Of a stretch of 64,000 bases of DNA, positions 46,681 to 55,519 are shown piece after piece. The notes beneath the pieces are model-generated. The model had not been told where the DNA came from, made no database searches, and saw only the letters and a list, made by a program, of their open reading frames with translations. The DNA is taken from contig CAYUJS010000004.1 in the NCBI GenBank assembly GCA_964445105.1, positions 660 to 64,659 on the forward strand, read 5' to 3'. The translations under genes and the position numbers were made by a program. Position 1 is the first letter of the stretch. Every line of letters begins with the position of its first letter. This DNA is from an uncultured bacterium. Its GTDB lineage: Bacteria > Chlamydiota > Chlamydiia > Chlamydiales > JAJFMA01.

Positions 46681-47033
46681 AAGCGCTGGGTGCAATTCAA
46701 ACCTGTACTTCAGCGTAGCGGAGAAGATAAGAGGCTTACAGAGCGAGACGCCCCTATCATCTCGAGGGAAAATTTACTTAACCCTTTGATGGAGAATAGA
46801 GAGCGGCTATGAACAAGAATCTGTCCACACAAAATCTTTCCGACAATGAACACTGTTGATCCGAGCGAGGTTGAAGAAGGCGAAAGAGACAGTGTTGGCG
46901 ATATGGCACACCTCTGAGTCGTCAGGGAAAAAGAGAATTGGGAAAGGCTTTGGCAAATTGAAGCTACTTGTGAGGTTGTTGGCTTAGCAGCTTAAGATGA
47001 GTACAGGTTTGAATTGCGCCCCTTAAGCGCTGG
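46681..47033. repeat. Element of about 350 bp bounded by inverted repeats; MITE-like or structured RNA.
   Basis: gcaattcaaacctgtact at 46691-46708 is mirrored by agtacaggtttgaattgc at 47000-47017. taagcgctgg occurs just outside both arms (46679-46688 and 47023-47032). Confidence 0.55.
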
Positions 47034-47045
47034 TTCGGCGCGCTA

Positions 47046-47585
47046 TTAAGTGACTAACAGACTACTGGGCTGAGTGGGCAGGGCAGGATAAGGAGGGTAT
47101 AGAGCATCCAAGGAAAACCTAGCCCCCCTTCCAAATATCCAAAGGGCTGCGATCATCGAAGCCGAAGAAAAGATCAACACCGTGGTACTGGCTCGCATGT
47201 CTGACAGGCGGTCGAGAACCTGGTTCGTTTTTTCTAGCGTTTCTCCAATCAAGTTCTGCGGAATCTGCTCAGGTGGCAGGACGTATTTTAAACCACTGCC
47301 TATCAGGATCACCACGAAAGCGAATGCACGGGTACTTTGCTCTAGCAGCAGAGCGTAGCTGAAGAACAGGCCTCCTGCAATCCCTGCTATAACCGAGGCG
47401 GTGAACGCAGTCTCCCACAAAGACTGGCGTAGCAGTGCCACTTGCTCGATTCGTTTGCCGACGCAGTTGGGCAGGCGAGCAACGGCGTATTGGCGCCATC
47501 GCTGTGGGATTTGGTTTGCTGCAATAGCCGTCATGCCCAACGCCCCTATTCCCGCAGAACAAAGATTGACCGGATCGTGTGCCAT
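47046..47585 (-). CDS. Hypothetical membrane protein.
   Basis: 179 aa with about 4 hydrophobic segments. No recognised motif. Confidence 0.45.
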   Translation of the reverse strand: MAHDPVNLCSAGIGALGMTAIAANQIPQRWRQYAVARLPNCVGKRIEQVALLRQSLWETAFTASVIAGIAGGLFFSYALLLEQSTRAFAFVVILIGSGLKYVLPPEQIPQNLIGETLEKTNQVLDRLSDMRASTTVLIFSSASMIAALWIFGRGARFSLDALYPPYPALPTQPSSLLVT

Positions 47586-47732
47586 AGTTGACTGGGTTAA
47601 GGATTAATTATTGGAGTATAATTAAAGGCTGTATATTTGGCGAGGTCCGGTCCATGCTTATTCGGCTCCTTCCCTTGAGGAAAATAGCCTTTTGGCCCAT
47701 ACTCGATCCATTGCAACCCTGGCGGATCAAAA

Positions 47733-48605
47733 ATGTTATATTTCTTGCGAATTCCTTGTGTGGTTTTGGCATTGGCGTTATTTGGGCCCACATGTTCATG
47801 GGCAACGGTTGCTAGCCAGCCTGCTCAAGTGTTAGTGAACATCCTTCCTTATAAATTTTTAGTGGAGCGTATAGGGGGCCGCACTGTCAAAGTGCTGGTA
47901 TTGATCCCTCCAAACGTTAACATGCATACGTTTGAGCCCACAGCCAAGCAAGCACTAGAAGCCGCTAAATCTGATGTCTGGTTTCTCTTCGGTGAGAGCA
48001 TTGAAAACCGCTTGAAGAGCTCGCTGACCGCCAATCACCCAGGTTTGAAAGTGGTCGACCTGCGCAAGGGGCTCATGCTGACAAGCGGCAGCTGCAAGGG
48101 ATGCTGTTCTTCAGCAGGGCAGGATATTCATATTTGGATGAGCCCCCGCCTATTACAGCAGCAGGCAAAGACGGTTGCGCAAGCGCTTACGCTGCTTTAT
48201 CCCGAGCACGCCGATCTATACCGAGATAATCTGGCCAAACACCTAGCAGAGCTGCATCAGCTCACGCAAGCCATAAGCGCTATTTTAAAGCCCGTTGAAG
48301 GCAGAACTGTCTTGGTTACCCACCCCGACTATACCTATTTTTGTACGGACTATGGATTGCACCAACTGTCTATAGAGGTCGAAGGCAAGGATCCTTCCCC
48401 ACGCCAGCTCACCGACCTGCTTATCGCGGCCCGCAAGCTAGGCCTGACAGCTGTCTTTACTACCCCTCAGTATCCTTTGAAGGTGGCGACGTTAGTCGCA
48501 GGCCAGCTCGGGGCTCAGGTGGTGATGTTGGATCCATTCAGGGAAGATTATTTGGAAAACTTACGAACTATCGCCCAATCTTTTGGCAGGTATAGCCAGC
48601 GATGA
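47733..48605 (+). CDS. Metal ABC transporter substrate-binding protein (TroA/ZnuA cluster 9).
   Basis: 290 aa with a signal-like N-terminus. Motifs include HTFEPT, DIHIWMSP and HPDYTYF. It is first in a three-gene operon with overlapping stops and starts. Confidence 0.8.
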   Translation: MLYFLRIPCVVLALALFGPTCSWATVASQPAQVLVNILPYKFLVERIGGRTVKVLVLIPPNVNMHTFEPTAKQALEAAKSDVWFLFGESIENRLKSSLTANHPGLKVVDLRKGLMLTSGSCKGCCSSAGQDIHIWMSPRLLQQQAKTVAQALTLLYPEHADLYRDNLAKHLAELHQLTQAISAILKPVEGRTVLVTHPDYTYFCTDYGLHQLSIEVEGKDPSPRQLTDLLIAARKLGLTAVFTTPQYPLKVATLVAGQLGAQVVMLDPFREDYLENLRTIAQSFGRYSQR

Positions 48606-49333
48606 TCTCTCGCCCTCCTGCGGTTGCTGCCTCTCGTGTTGTATTTGGGTATGGCCCCCTACCAGTTTTGTATGGCGTCAATTTCGAAATTCAAGATGGC
48701 GAAACCATTGGCATTATCGGTCCAAATGGAGGGGGTAAGACCACCCTGCTAAAGCTCATCATGGGCTTTCTCAAGCCGGATGCGGGCGAAATTCGCATTT
48801 TCGGCTGGCCGCAGAGACAAGCGCGGGAGCTACTGGCTTACGTGCCTCAGCGGTTGCCTTTTGATCGGGATTTTCCAATCTCTGTACTCGAGGTAGTGCT
48901 GACAGGGCGGCTGAATCGCATGCCCTGGTACGGGGCTTGGCGCCGTGAAGACTATGACGCTGCGGCGGTAGCGCTGCACCAAGTAGCGCTGAGCGAATGG
49001 GCTGCCGCACCATTTGGGTCTCTATCCGGCGGTCAGGCGCAACGCGTTTTGATTGCCCGTGCCTTGGTTTCTAATCCGCGCCTTCTGCTTTTAGACGAGC
49101 CGACCTCTAGTATCGATATGCAGGCACAGCAAGACATTTACCAAATCCTCCGTCAGCTGCGCGGTACGATGACGATTTTGATGGTAACACATGATTTACA
49201 AAGTGTCGTTCAGCGAGTAGATCGCGTGCTTTGCGTTCAAGGACAAGTGCTTCCTTTGGCTCCGCAAGAGATCTGTGAGCACTTTGCTTTTGGCTTATAT
49301 CACCCTCCGCTGCTACCCAAGGAGGAAGCGTGA
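48602..49333 (+). CDS. Metal ABC transporter ATP-binding protein.
   Basis: Walker A GPNGGGKTTL, signature LSGGQAQR, Walker B LLLLDEP. Confidence 0.88.
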   Translation: MISRPPAVAASRVVFGYGPLPVLYGVNFEIQDGETIGIIGPNGGGKTTLLKLIMGFLKPDAGEIRIFGWPQRQARELLAYVPQRLPFDRDFPISVLEVVLTGRLNRMPWYGAWRREDYDAAAVALHQVALSEWAAAPFGSLSGGQAQRVLIARALVSNPRLLLLDEPTSSIDMQAQQDIYQILRQLRGTMTILMVTHDLQSVVQRVDRVLCVQGQVLPLAPQEICEHFAFGLYHPPLLPKEEA

Positions 49334-50166
49334 TCTCTTTTTTAGAAGCGCTTTGGGTGAACCCCCTACTGATGTGGGCTGTTTTAGCAGGATTTGGAGC
49401 TTCGATCGTTAGTGGTATTGTGGGCTCTTACGTGGTTGTTAAGCGTATCGTGTTCATCAGTGGCAGTATCTCTCACTCTGTCCTAGCAGGCATGGGGTTT
49501 TGCTTGTGGCTGCAGCGTGCGCACGGGGTGGAGTGGGCGACACCTTTGGAAGGTGCGCTGGTAACGGCGGTTCTTGCAGCTTTAATCATTGGTTGGATCC
49601 GCCTACACTATCGAGAGCGTGAAGACTCTGTCATCGCGGCTCTCTGGTCTGTGGGTATGGCGGTCGGGGTGCTGTTTATCTCGCAGACGCCCGGTTTTAA
49701 CGTTGAGCTTACTAATTTTTTGATAGGAAATATCCTTTGGGTTAGCCCAGGAGATCTTTACGCGCTTTTTGCCCTGGACGTTATTATTCTGGTGACCGTT
49801 CTTATTCTACACCGTCGTTTGCTTGCGATCTGCTTTGATGAAGAACAAGCTCTACTCCAGGGGCTGCCAGTACAGACGCTCTATCTATTACTGTTAGTGC
49901 TCACCGCGGTGACGACGGTGGTGCTGATTCAAGTCGTGGGGATCATTTTGGTGATTACAATGCTGGCCATTCCCGCGGCGATAGCGAATCTTCTCACAAC
50001 GCGGTTGTCAAGGATGATGCTTGTGGCTGTGGTGCTGAGCGCACTGTTCTCTTTCTTCGGCACAGTGTTCGCGTACCACTTCGACTGGCCCGCGGGCGCA
50101 ACCATTGCGCTCCTTGCCGGAACTACCTATCTATTTGCCATGCTGATCTTAAGAAAAAGACCCTAA
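49330..50166 (+). CDS. Metal ABC transporter permease (ZnuB/TroC type).
   Basis: 278 aa with about 8 TM helices and a typical ABC-3 family layout. No fused repressor domain. Confidence 0.8.
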   Translation: MISFLEALWVNPLLMWAVLAGFGASIVSGIVGSYVVVKRIVFISGSISHSVLAGMGFCLWLQRAHGVEWATPLEGALVTAVLAALIIGWIRLHYREREDSVIAALWSVGMAVGVLFISQTPGFNVELTNFLIGNILWVSPGDLYALFALDVIILVTVLILHRRLLAICFDEEQALLQGLPVQTLYLLLLVLTAVTTVVLIQVVGIILVITMLAIPAAIANLLTTRLSRMMLVAVVLSALFSFFGTVFAYHFDWPAGATIALLAGTTYLFAMLILRKRP

Positions 50167-50185
50167 CCGAAGTTAGGGCCCGATG

Positions 50186-50270
50186 CGGAAAGAGAGGGAT
50201 TCGAACCCTCGATACCCGTAGGTATGCGTCCTTAGCAGGGACGTGCTTTCGGCCACTCAGCCATCTTTCC
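50186..50270 (-). tRNA. tRNA-Ser (anticodon GCU).
   Basis: The reverse complement reads GGAAAGATGGCTGAGTGGCCGAAAGCACGTCCCTGCTAAGGACGCATACCTACGGGTATCGAGGGTTCGAATCCCTCTCTTTCCG. It has anticodon stem CGTCC/GGACG, loop CTGCTAA and a long variable arm. CCA is not encoded. Confidence 0.88.
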
Positions 50271-50325
50271 AAGAGGGGTATAGCTTAGCCGGACCTATGT
50301 TTTTACGCAATGGCCGCTGTGATTT

Positions 50326-51543
50326 TTAGTAGATCACGCCGACGATATGCGTTTTAAAAATACCTGTAGGAATAGTTCCTAGATAGCAATGGACCGTTTT
50401 TTCTTCTCCGCCACGTGTTTTGAGGGTCAGAGGAAACTCTATCTGTGGGACCGCTGACAGTCTGACAAGGCCGCGCTTCCACTCGGTTAGTCCATCCACA
50501 GACAGGGCAGGAAAGTGCTGAACAAACTTTTCTGGGCTCCAACCCAACACATCGCGTACCTGATTATTCGCAAATAACAAGCGATCCTCTTTCTGCGAAT
50601 ACAAAAGGATCATACCGGATGTTTCGCTGCGCAGGCTATCGCAGAGGCGGCGTAGGTCCAGCGCATAGCCATCTACCGACAGGTCTCTAAACCTTGAAGA
50701 GTCGCCTGCCAGATGCCGAGCGCCAGTTAATTTTTGTGCGATATCGATGCAGCGTTTCAGTTGTTGAGCGGCGTCGACAGGGCCCTGCGGACGTGGTTCG
50801 TTCAAAAGCCCGGGCAAAGAAGGATGATCGGCGACGCCAGTTTTTGTTGCTCTTTTAGGTGCTGGCAGTGGGGCAGTTTTTATGGGTCTGGTATGCTCTT
50901 GAACCATTGGCTCGTCGAAGTCTGTATCGATGCGGTCCGTGAGGTCGAGTAGCGTTTTTAGCTCATACTTCAGATCATTGGCCTTAGCCTCGAGAGAAAC
51001 GATCAGTTTTTGCTTCTTTTCGATGACTTGTCTTTGGTCGGCAATTGTTTGCTGGTATTCTTCCAAGAGAATATTTTTGCTGCTAAGCTGTTCTTCAGCT
51101 ACGCTCTGATGAGATCCTAAGATTTGTTCTAGATCCTCACAACGCTGCACCAATTCAGTTTTTTCATTCTGTAGCTGCTTGATATTTTTAAGGTCGGTTT
51201 GGAGCTGTTCGGAGAGCTCTTCACACTGTTTCTCTAGGCTTTGTACGCGCTCCTGCAGAAGTAAAATATCTGTGGCGAGCGGATCTGGGGGGGCTTGTGC
51301 GGGGAAGGGGCTAGGTGCTGTCTGGCTTTCGGAAAAGAGAGCCTCTTCCCAAGCGCGGAGGAAGACGAACAGCCCCGTTGCCATGGTCATAATCAGCAAC
51401 AGCCCAAGCGACCAGCGCCCCCAGCCCGGGCTGGTGGCGTTTCCTAAAAGAAGTAAAGGCAGAAGGTAGCAGACAAATAACACGAGGAGAACGCGAAACC
51501 GCGGTTGTGGGGGCTTTACCATCAAAATTCTGCACCATAGCAT
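50326..51543 (-). CDS. Bilobed-hydrophobic-domain, coiled-coil protein with a PAS-like C-terminus.
   Basis: Two N-terminal hydrophobic segments (VLLVLFVCYLLPLLLLG ... SLGLLLIMTMATGLFVFL). A long heptad-like region (LQERVQSLEKQCEELSEQLQ...). A C-terminal PAS-like block (SGMILLYSQKEDRLLFANNQVRDVLGWSPEKF). The start codon is uncertain. Confidence 0.55.
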   Translation of the reverse strand: MLWCRILMVKPPQPRFRVLLVLFVCYLLPLLLLGNATSPGWGRWSLGLLLIMTMATGLFVFLRAWEEALFSESQTAPSPFPAQAPPDPLATDILLLQERVQSLEKQCEELSEQLQTDLKNIKQLQNEKTELVQRCEDLEQILGSHQSVAEEQLSSKNILLEEYQQTIADQRQVIEKKQKLIVSLEAKANDLKYELKTLLDLTDRIDTDFDEPMVQEHTRPIKTAPLPAPKRATKTGVADHPSLPGLLNEPRPQGPVDAAQQLKRCIDIAQKLTGARHLAGDSSRFRDLSVDGYALDLRRLCDSLRSETSGMILLYSQKEDRLLFANNQVRDVLGWSPEKFVQHFPALSVDGLTEWKRGLVRLSAVPQIEFPLTLKTRGGEEKTVHCYLGTIPTGIFKTHIVGVIY

Positions 51544-51637
51544 AACGCCCGCAGTATATGCGTCCGATCCCTTTTTTTGAACCTAAAAACGGTGGCTGCG
51601 CGCCTAAGCGTCATTTTAGGGGCACCGCAGGCGCGCG

Positions 51638-52801
51638 CTACGTCTCAAAATAGTTTGGAGGACCGCCAAACGGATATGGCGCAAACGCAAAGGGTGGGAG
51701 AGGCACATCCCTGGAGGCCATACTGGCTTTGGGGAGCCTACCTGGCGAATTAGCAATAAAGCCAACCACGCTATCAACAGAGTGACTCAACCGGCGATTG
51801 GCTTCCGTTGACTGTTGTGCATCTATCTGGAGCTGTTTCGATACTTCGTTGTTAGCCTGTAGCGTTTCCTCTAAAGCGGCGCGCGCTTTTTGCGTCTGTT
51901 TCAGAAGCTCGTTCAACTCCGCTCCGCCCAGTTGTAGCTGTACCTGCTGCAAGCGGAGTGCTTCGGCTGCTTGTCTTTTTTCTTCCTCAAAAGAAGCGCG
52001 CTGCGCTTCCAGCAAGCCGGTGTGTTCATCAAACTGCTTGTTCATGGCGCTTTGCACAAATTGAAAGGCCTGAAATTGCTCGGCACAGCTGGTTGTTACC
52101 TTTTCTGCTAGTTCTGCGACCATTTTCTCGAGACTCTGAGCTGTTGCCTCTCCTTGGCTTGCGAGGTCTTTACCGGTCATGATCGCTAGTTGGGCAGCGG
52201 TAAGGATTTGCTGTTCGTTTTCCGTCAATGCTACGCTTTTCTCCTTTAAGCTTGCGATGCCTTGAGCGATTGTTTGTGCCAAAGCCGACATAGAAGCAAC
52301 GTTGCTTGAGATATCTGCATGCGTTCTGTTGAGCTCTTGAATTTTTTTGGTTAGTTCCTCTGCATTCTCCCGACTTGTTTCGTTAGTTGTAGCCAGAAGG
52401 GCATTTTGTTTTTCCAACTTGCCGATTTCTTCGGCAAGCTGGTGGACCTGTTCCGTAAGCGCGGTTACCTGGGGCTCTAACTCCTTTTTGATTTCTCTCA
52501 GGCTTGCGACCTCAACACGCAGGTCGGCTTGCAGCGCTTGCAGGCCGGCAACGACTCCCCACAGACGTGCACTATAGGCCTCGTAGCCACAGAAGAGGGC
52601 GGCGGAGGCGCTCAGAACAGCTTGGGTGGTGCGGCCTCGGATGGCTGCCCTGCCGCTGAACGCCAGAGCGCTGGCGCTTGCGACGCAGAATAAAATCTCG
52701 TGGTGATGGGTGATCAGTTTACCGGCCATCCGGAAGCCTCCCATCAGGGAAATAGACGAAGGGTGGGGGGCGGCGGAAAGCAATCCAAAAACTTGCTGCA
52801 T
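51638..52801 (-). CDS. Coiled-coil protein with an N-terminal hydrophobic pair (Inc-like candidate).
   Basis: 387 aa. N-terminal ILFCVASASALAFSG...AVLSASAALFCGYEAY, then about 250 aa of Gln/Glu/Ala/Leu-rich coiled coil, then a Pro/Phe-rich tail. Confidence 0.5.
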   Translation of the reverse strand: MQQVFGLLSAAPHPSSISLMGGFRMAGKLITHHHEILFCVASASALAFSGRAAIRGRTTQAVLSASAALFCGYEAYSARLWGVVAGLQALQADLRVEVASLREIKKELEPQVTALTEQVHQLAEEIGKLEKQNALLATTNETSRENAEELTKKIQELNRTHADISSNVASMSALAQTIAQGIASLKEKSVALTENEQQILTAAQLAIMTGKDLASQGEATAQSLEKMVAELAEKVTTSCAEQFQAFQFVQSAMNKQFDEHTGLLEAQRASFEEEKRQAAEALRLQQVQLQLGGAELNELLKQTQKARAALEETLQANNEVSKQLQIDAQQSTEANRRLSHSVDSVVGFIANSPGRLPKASMASRDVPLPPFAFAPYPFGGPPNYFET

Positions 52802-52938
52802 ACCTAATTCCTTTTTTATCCATTAAATAAAAAATAAATTTAGGTAATGTTAACTTAATCGATTTTATTGATCAAGTGGATATTGACAAACAAACATTCC
52901 TAAAATCAAAGTAGCAGGGGCCAACCTTAGCCTTTGGC

Positions 52939-53064
52939 TTGATTTCTCAATAAGTCGAGGTAAGAGAGCTGGGTTGCGCCACTGGCTAGCCCCCCACACT
53001 TGTGCAGATGCCGCCTCGCACTGGTCCAGGAACCTTGCCTACCCCGACTTATTGAGAACTTACC
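52939..53064. repeat. MITE-like element, family 2; inverted relative to 26565-26691.
   Basis: Ends cttgatttctcaataagtcgagg and ccccgacttattgagaacttacc. The reverse complement of the interior matches the interior of the first copy (ttcctggaccagtg...ggccagtggcgcaaccc). Confidence 0.7.
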
Positions 53065-53100
53065 CCCTGGCTGCCTATGCGTAAGATCTTTGTAGAGCGC

Positions 53101-53226
53101 CAGCAGTTCCCACTAAAAAAAGAGGATCCCTGCCTCCAGGACAGCCCTGGCTAGGGCTGCTAATTCGTCGCAGACAAAGCCTGTTGTCAGCGCGCTGAGC
53201 GGTTTTTAACCTAAAGCAGTTTCTGT
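53101..53226. repeat. MITE-like element, family 1.
   Basis: Left end cagcagttcccactaaaaaaagagg; right end gcggtttttaacctaaagcagtttctgtg. The internal segment ctaattcgtcgcagacaaagc is shared with the 57087-57221 copy. Confidence 0.6.
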
Positions 53227-53228
53227 GC

Positions 53229-53672
53229 TCAGGGAGCCTTAAGGCTTGTTGACATAACGCAGATGAGATAACCGAGGATGACGATCAACAATGTCGTCGA
53301 CAAGGTGTCCTTGAGAGGAAAATTTTTTTGTAACGTCGAATGATAAGGGCGAGCGGGGCTATACCAGACCTTCCACGGTTTTTGCGGATAACTCGCCAGG
53401 TCTTCCTCGCCTGCCCACTTGTTGCGGTAAACCCGGCTGCTGAGTTCGGTTTCACCCGAGTAGGTAACGCCGTTTATTAGGTAGGTATAACGGGCGCGAG
53501 GGAAAAAACGCGTTCTGGAGCGCTCTACAAGCACCCATTCTGTTGTTTGCGTCACAGTGTAGGTGCTCTCGGAGTAATAGCAGTATAGCTTGTAGCCTGT
53601 CTTAGCACCGTAGAAAAGGGTGCTTGCCCCCACGATGGCCAGCAAGAGCAGCCATACTCTATTGGTGTACAT
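53229..53672 (-). CDS. DUF3592-like membrane protein.
   Basis: 147 aa with one N-terminal and one C-terminal TM helix around a beta-rich core (YTYLINGVTYSGE). Weak family recognition. Confidence 0.45.
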   Translation of the reverse strand: MYTNRVWLLLLAIVGASTLFYGAKTGYKLYCYYSESTYTVTQTTEWVLVERSRTRFFPRARYTYLINGVTYSGETELSSRVYRNKWAGEEDLASYPQKPWKVWYSPARPYHSTLQKNFPLKDTLSTTLLIVILGYLICVMSTSLKAP

Positions 53673-54498
53673 TCGCAGATCTCTTCAGCATTTTTACAAA
53701 GGCCTCTGGCATGGGCGATTCGAACGACACACGCTTCTTAGTAAGCGGGTGGAGGAAGCTCAGGCGATGCGCGTGGAGAAGCACACGCTTTGCCGGATCA
53801 GTCTGTGCGCCATATTTCTTGTCGCCGGCTACTGGATGGCCGGCATCGCTGCAATGCACGCGGATCTGATTTTTCTTGCCTGTGTGCAGCGTCAGCTGCA
53901 AGTGGGTGTAGCCCGGAAGCACGCAGAGCCGCTCAAAAAGAGTGATGGCCTGCTCGCCGCCAGCTGGATTTTTTGTGCTGTACACCTTGTAGACTGCATC
54001 CTCGTAGAGATAGCTCTCCCAGCGACCCTTTGTTGCCATCATATTGCCCTCTACGATCGCTTCGTACTGGCGGTCGATCTCATGCTTCTCAAAAATCACC
54101 TTGAGCTGGTCGCGCATCTGCTCATGCAAAGCGAAGATCAAAATCCCCGAGGTGTCTTGATCCAAGCGATGCACAACATGCACGCGCTTGGGCCGAAAGT
54201 ATTCTTTCAGGATAGCGTGGACTGTCTTTTTGGTTTCGAAGTTCGTGGCTACGGAAAGTAAACCGCAGGGTTTTTCCACTGCGATGAAGTCATGATCCTG
54301 GTGGAGAATTTTTAGGTCGTGGGGCATGCGCACTGCGCGAGCGACCAGCGTGATCTTAGTGTCCTCTGCAACCTCATCGCCCGATCGCTTGGCGGGGACC
54401 CCATCAACGAGGATGCGCTCCTCCTTAATCCACGAACGCAAGGTAGCGTTTGAGCTGTCAGGGTAGAGTTCTTGGAGACGGGCGAGTAATTGAGCCAT
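53659..54498 (-). CDS. RluA-family 23S rRNA pseudouridine synthase (RluC/RluD-like).
   Basis: 279 aa with an S4-like N-terminus and the catalytic motif HRLDQDTSGILIFA. Confidence 0.82.
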   Translation of the reverse strand: MAQLLARLQELYPDSSNATLRSWIKEERILVDGVPAKRSGDEVAEDTKITLVARAVRMPHDLKILHQDHDFIAVEKPCGLLSVATNFETKKTVHAILKEYFRPKRVHVVHRLDQDTSGILIFALHEQMRDQLKVIFEKHEIDRQYEAIVEGNMMATKGRWESYLYEDAVYKVYSTKNPAGGEQAITLFERLCVLPGYTHLQLTLHTGKKNQIRVHCSDAGHPVAGDKKYGAQTDPAKRVLLHAHRLSFLHPLTKKRVSFESPMPEAFVKMLKRSANVHQ

Positions 54499-54591
54499 GG
54501 GGAAAAATACCTATTGCTTTGACTTATTATGAAATGGACGATACAATGGCACCTACTATATATTGAAACCATGTAACAGACCAGAGGTAAA

Positions 54592-54885
54592 ATGGCTTCA
54601 CCAGCAGAAACCAAGCAACCAAAAGCCCGCCGTCCGACAGCTCTTAAGAGAGCTATTCAAAGCGAAAAGCGTAACCTGCGCAATAGCGCGTTCAAATCTC
54701 AGGTGAGAACCGCCATGCGCCACTTCCAAGAAGCCTCCAAGGCCGGCGACTCGGCAGCCATCACCGCGCGTCTAAACGAAGTGTACAGCTTGATGGACAA
54801 AGGTGTAAAAAAAGGCATCTACAATATCAACAAAGCAAGTCGCACCAAATCCCGCGCTACTCAGCGGTTGGTTGCGAAAGTGTAG
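54592..54885 (+). CDS. rpsT: 30S ribosomal protein S20.
   Basis: 97 aa, basic, with KRAIQSEKRNLRNSAFKSQVRT. Confidence 0.88.
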   Translation: MASPAETKQPKARRPTALKRAIQSEKRNLRNSAFKSQVRTAMRHFQEASKAGDSAAITARLNEVYSLMDKGVKKGIYNINKASRTKSRATQRLVAKV

Positions 54886-54915
54886 CCTCAAGAGGGCAAT
54901 CTACTACTTATGGCT

Positions 54916-54946
54916 GAGCGAACTGGGTTTATAATCCAGCTCGCTC
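54916..54946. terminator. Hairpin between the convergent rpsT and 54956-55264 genes.
   Basis: gagcgaactgg (54916-54926) pairs with ccagctcgctc (54936-54946); one mismatch and a 9-nt loop. Confidence 0.4.
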
Positions 54947-54955
54947 GCTTGTCTG

Positions 54956-55264
54956 TTAATCCGCTTCTAATTCTTGCGTGAAGTATTCAAATCCGCCGCA
55001 CTGTTTTGCTGCGAAGTTGTAGATCCATGCGAACAGGGCTGAGAAAACGTAGCCGACCATCCAGATGACGAAAGGAATCAGCAGGATCGCCAAAAATTCT
55101 ACGTTACGCGTGAGTAAAAACGAGAGAATTGCCGTGGGCGTGCAGATCATGGCGGCGATCAAAAAATTGAGGAGCCCTAACAAACGGCTCGAAGAGTGGA
55201 CAGAAATGTAGGTAATTTGCTTCTTCATTGGTCCTCCTAGGGCACCAGACGTGTTATGCGTCAA
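54956..55264 (-). CDS. Small membrane protein, hypothetical.
   Basis: 102 aa with two or three hydrophobic helices. No recognised motif. Confidence 0.45.
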   Translation of the reverse strand: MTHNTSGALGGPMKKQITYISVHSSSRLLGLLNFLIAAMICTPTAILSFLLTRNVEFLAILLIPFVIWMVGYVFSALFAWIYNFAAKQCGGFEYFTQELEAD

Positions 55265-55519
55265 TCTAGCATTTCGGCATTTTGTGACAAATAAAAATTG
55301 TAATCTTCAGCCAGCTCAAGCTAAAAAGATTAGCCGACTCAGCTAGGGACGGCTGTAAGCCACTTCGGTTGCGAATAAGGAGGCAGAGTGAGTTGATGTC
55401 CGACTTCTTTTTCAGCGCGAACTGCTGGCACGAGCGCATTTGGCGTGCCAATTAAGAAGGGGGAATGGTAGACTCTTTACTGCGAAACAAGGGTTACCTC
55501 ATTCAAAGGGACGGTTTTG

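Noticed and set aside
53620-54261. A 213-aa plus-strand ORF.
   Set aside because: It is antisense to the RluA-family synthase gene, which carries the clear catalytic HRLDxDTSG motif.
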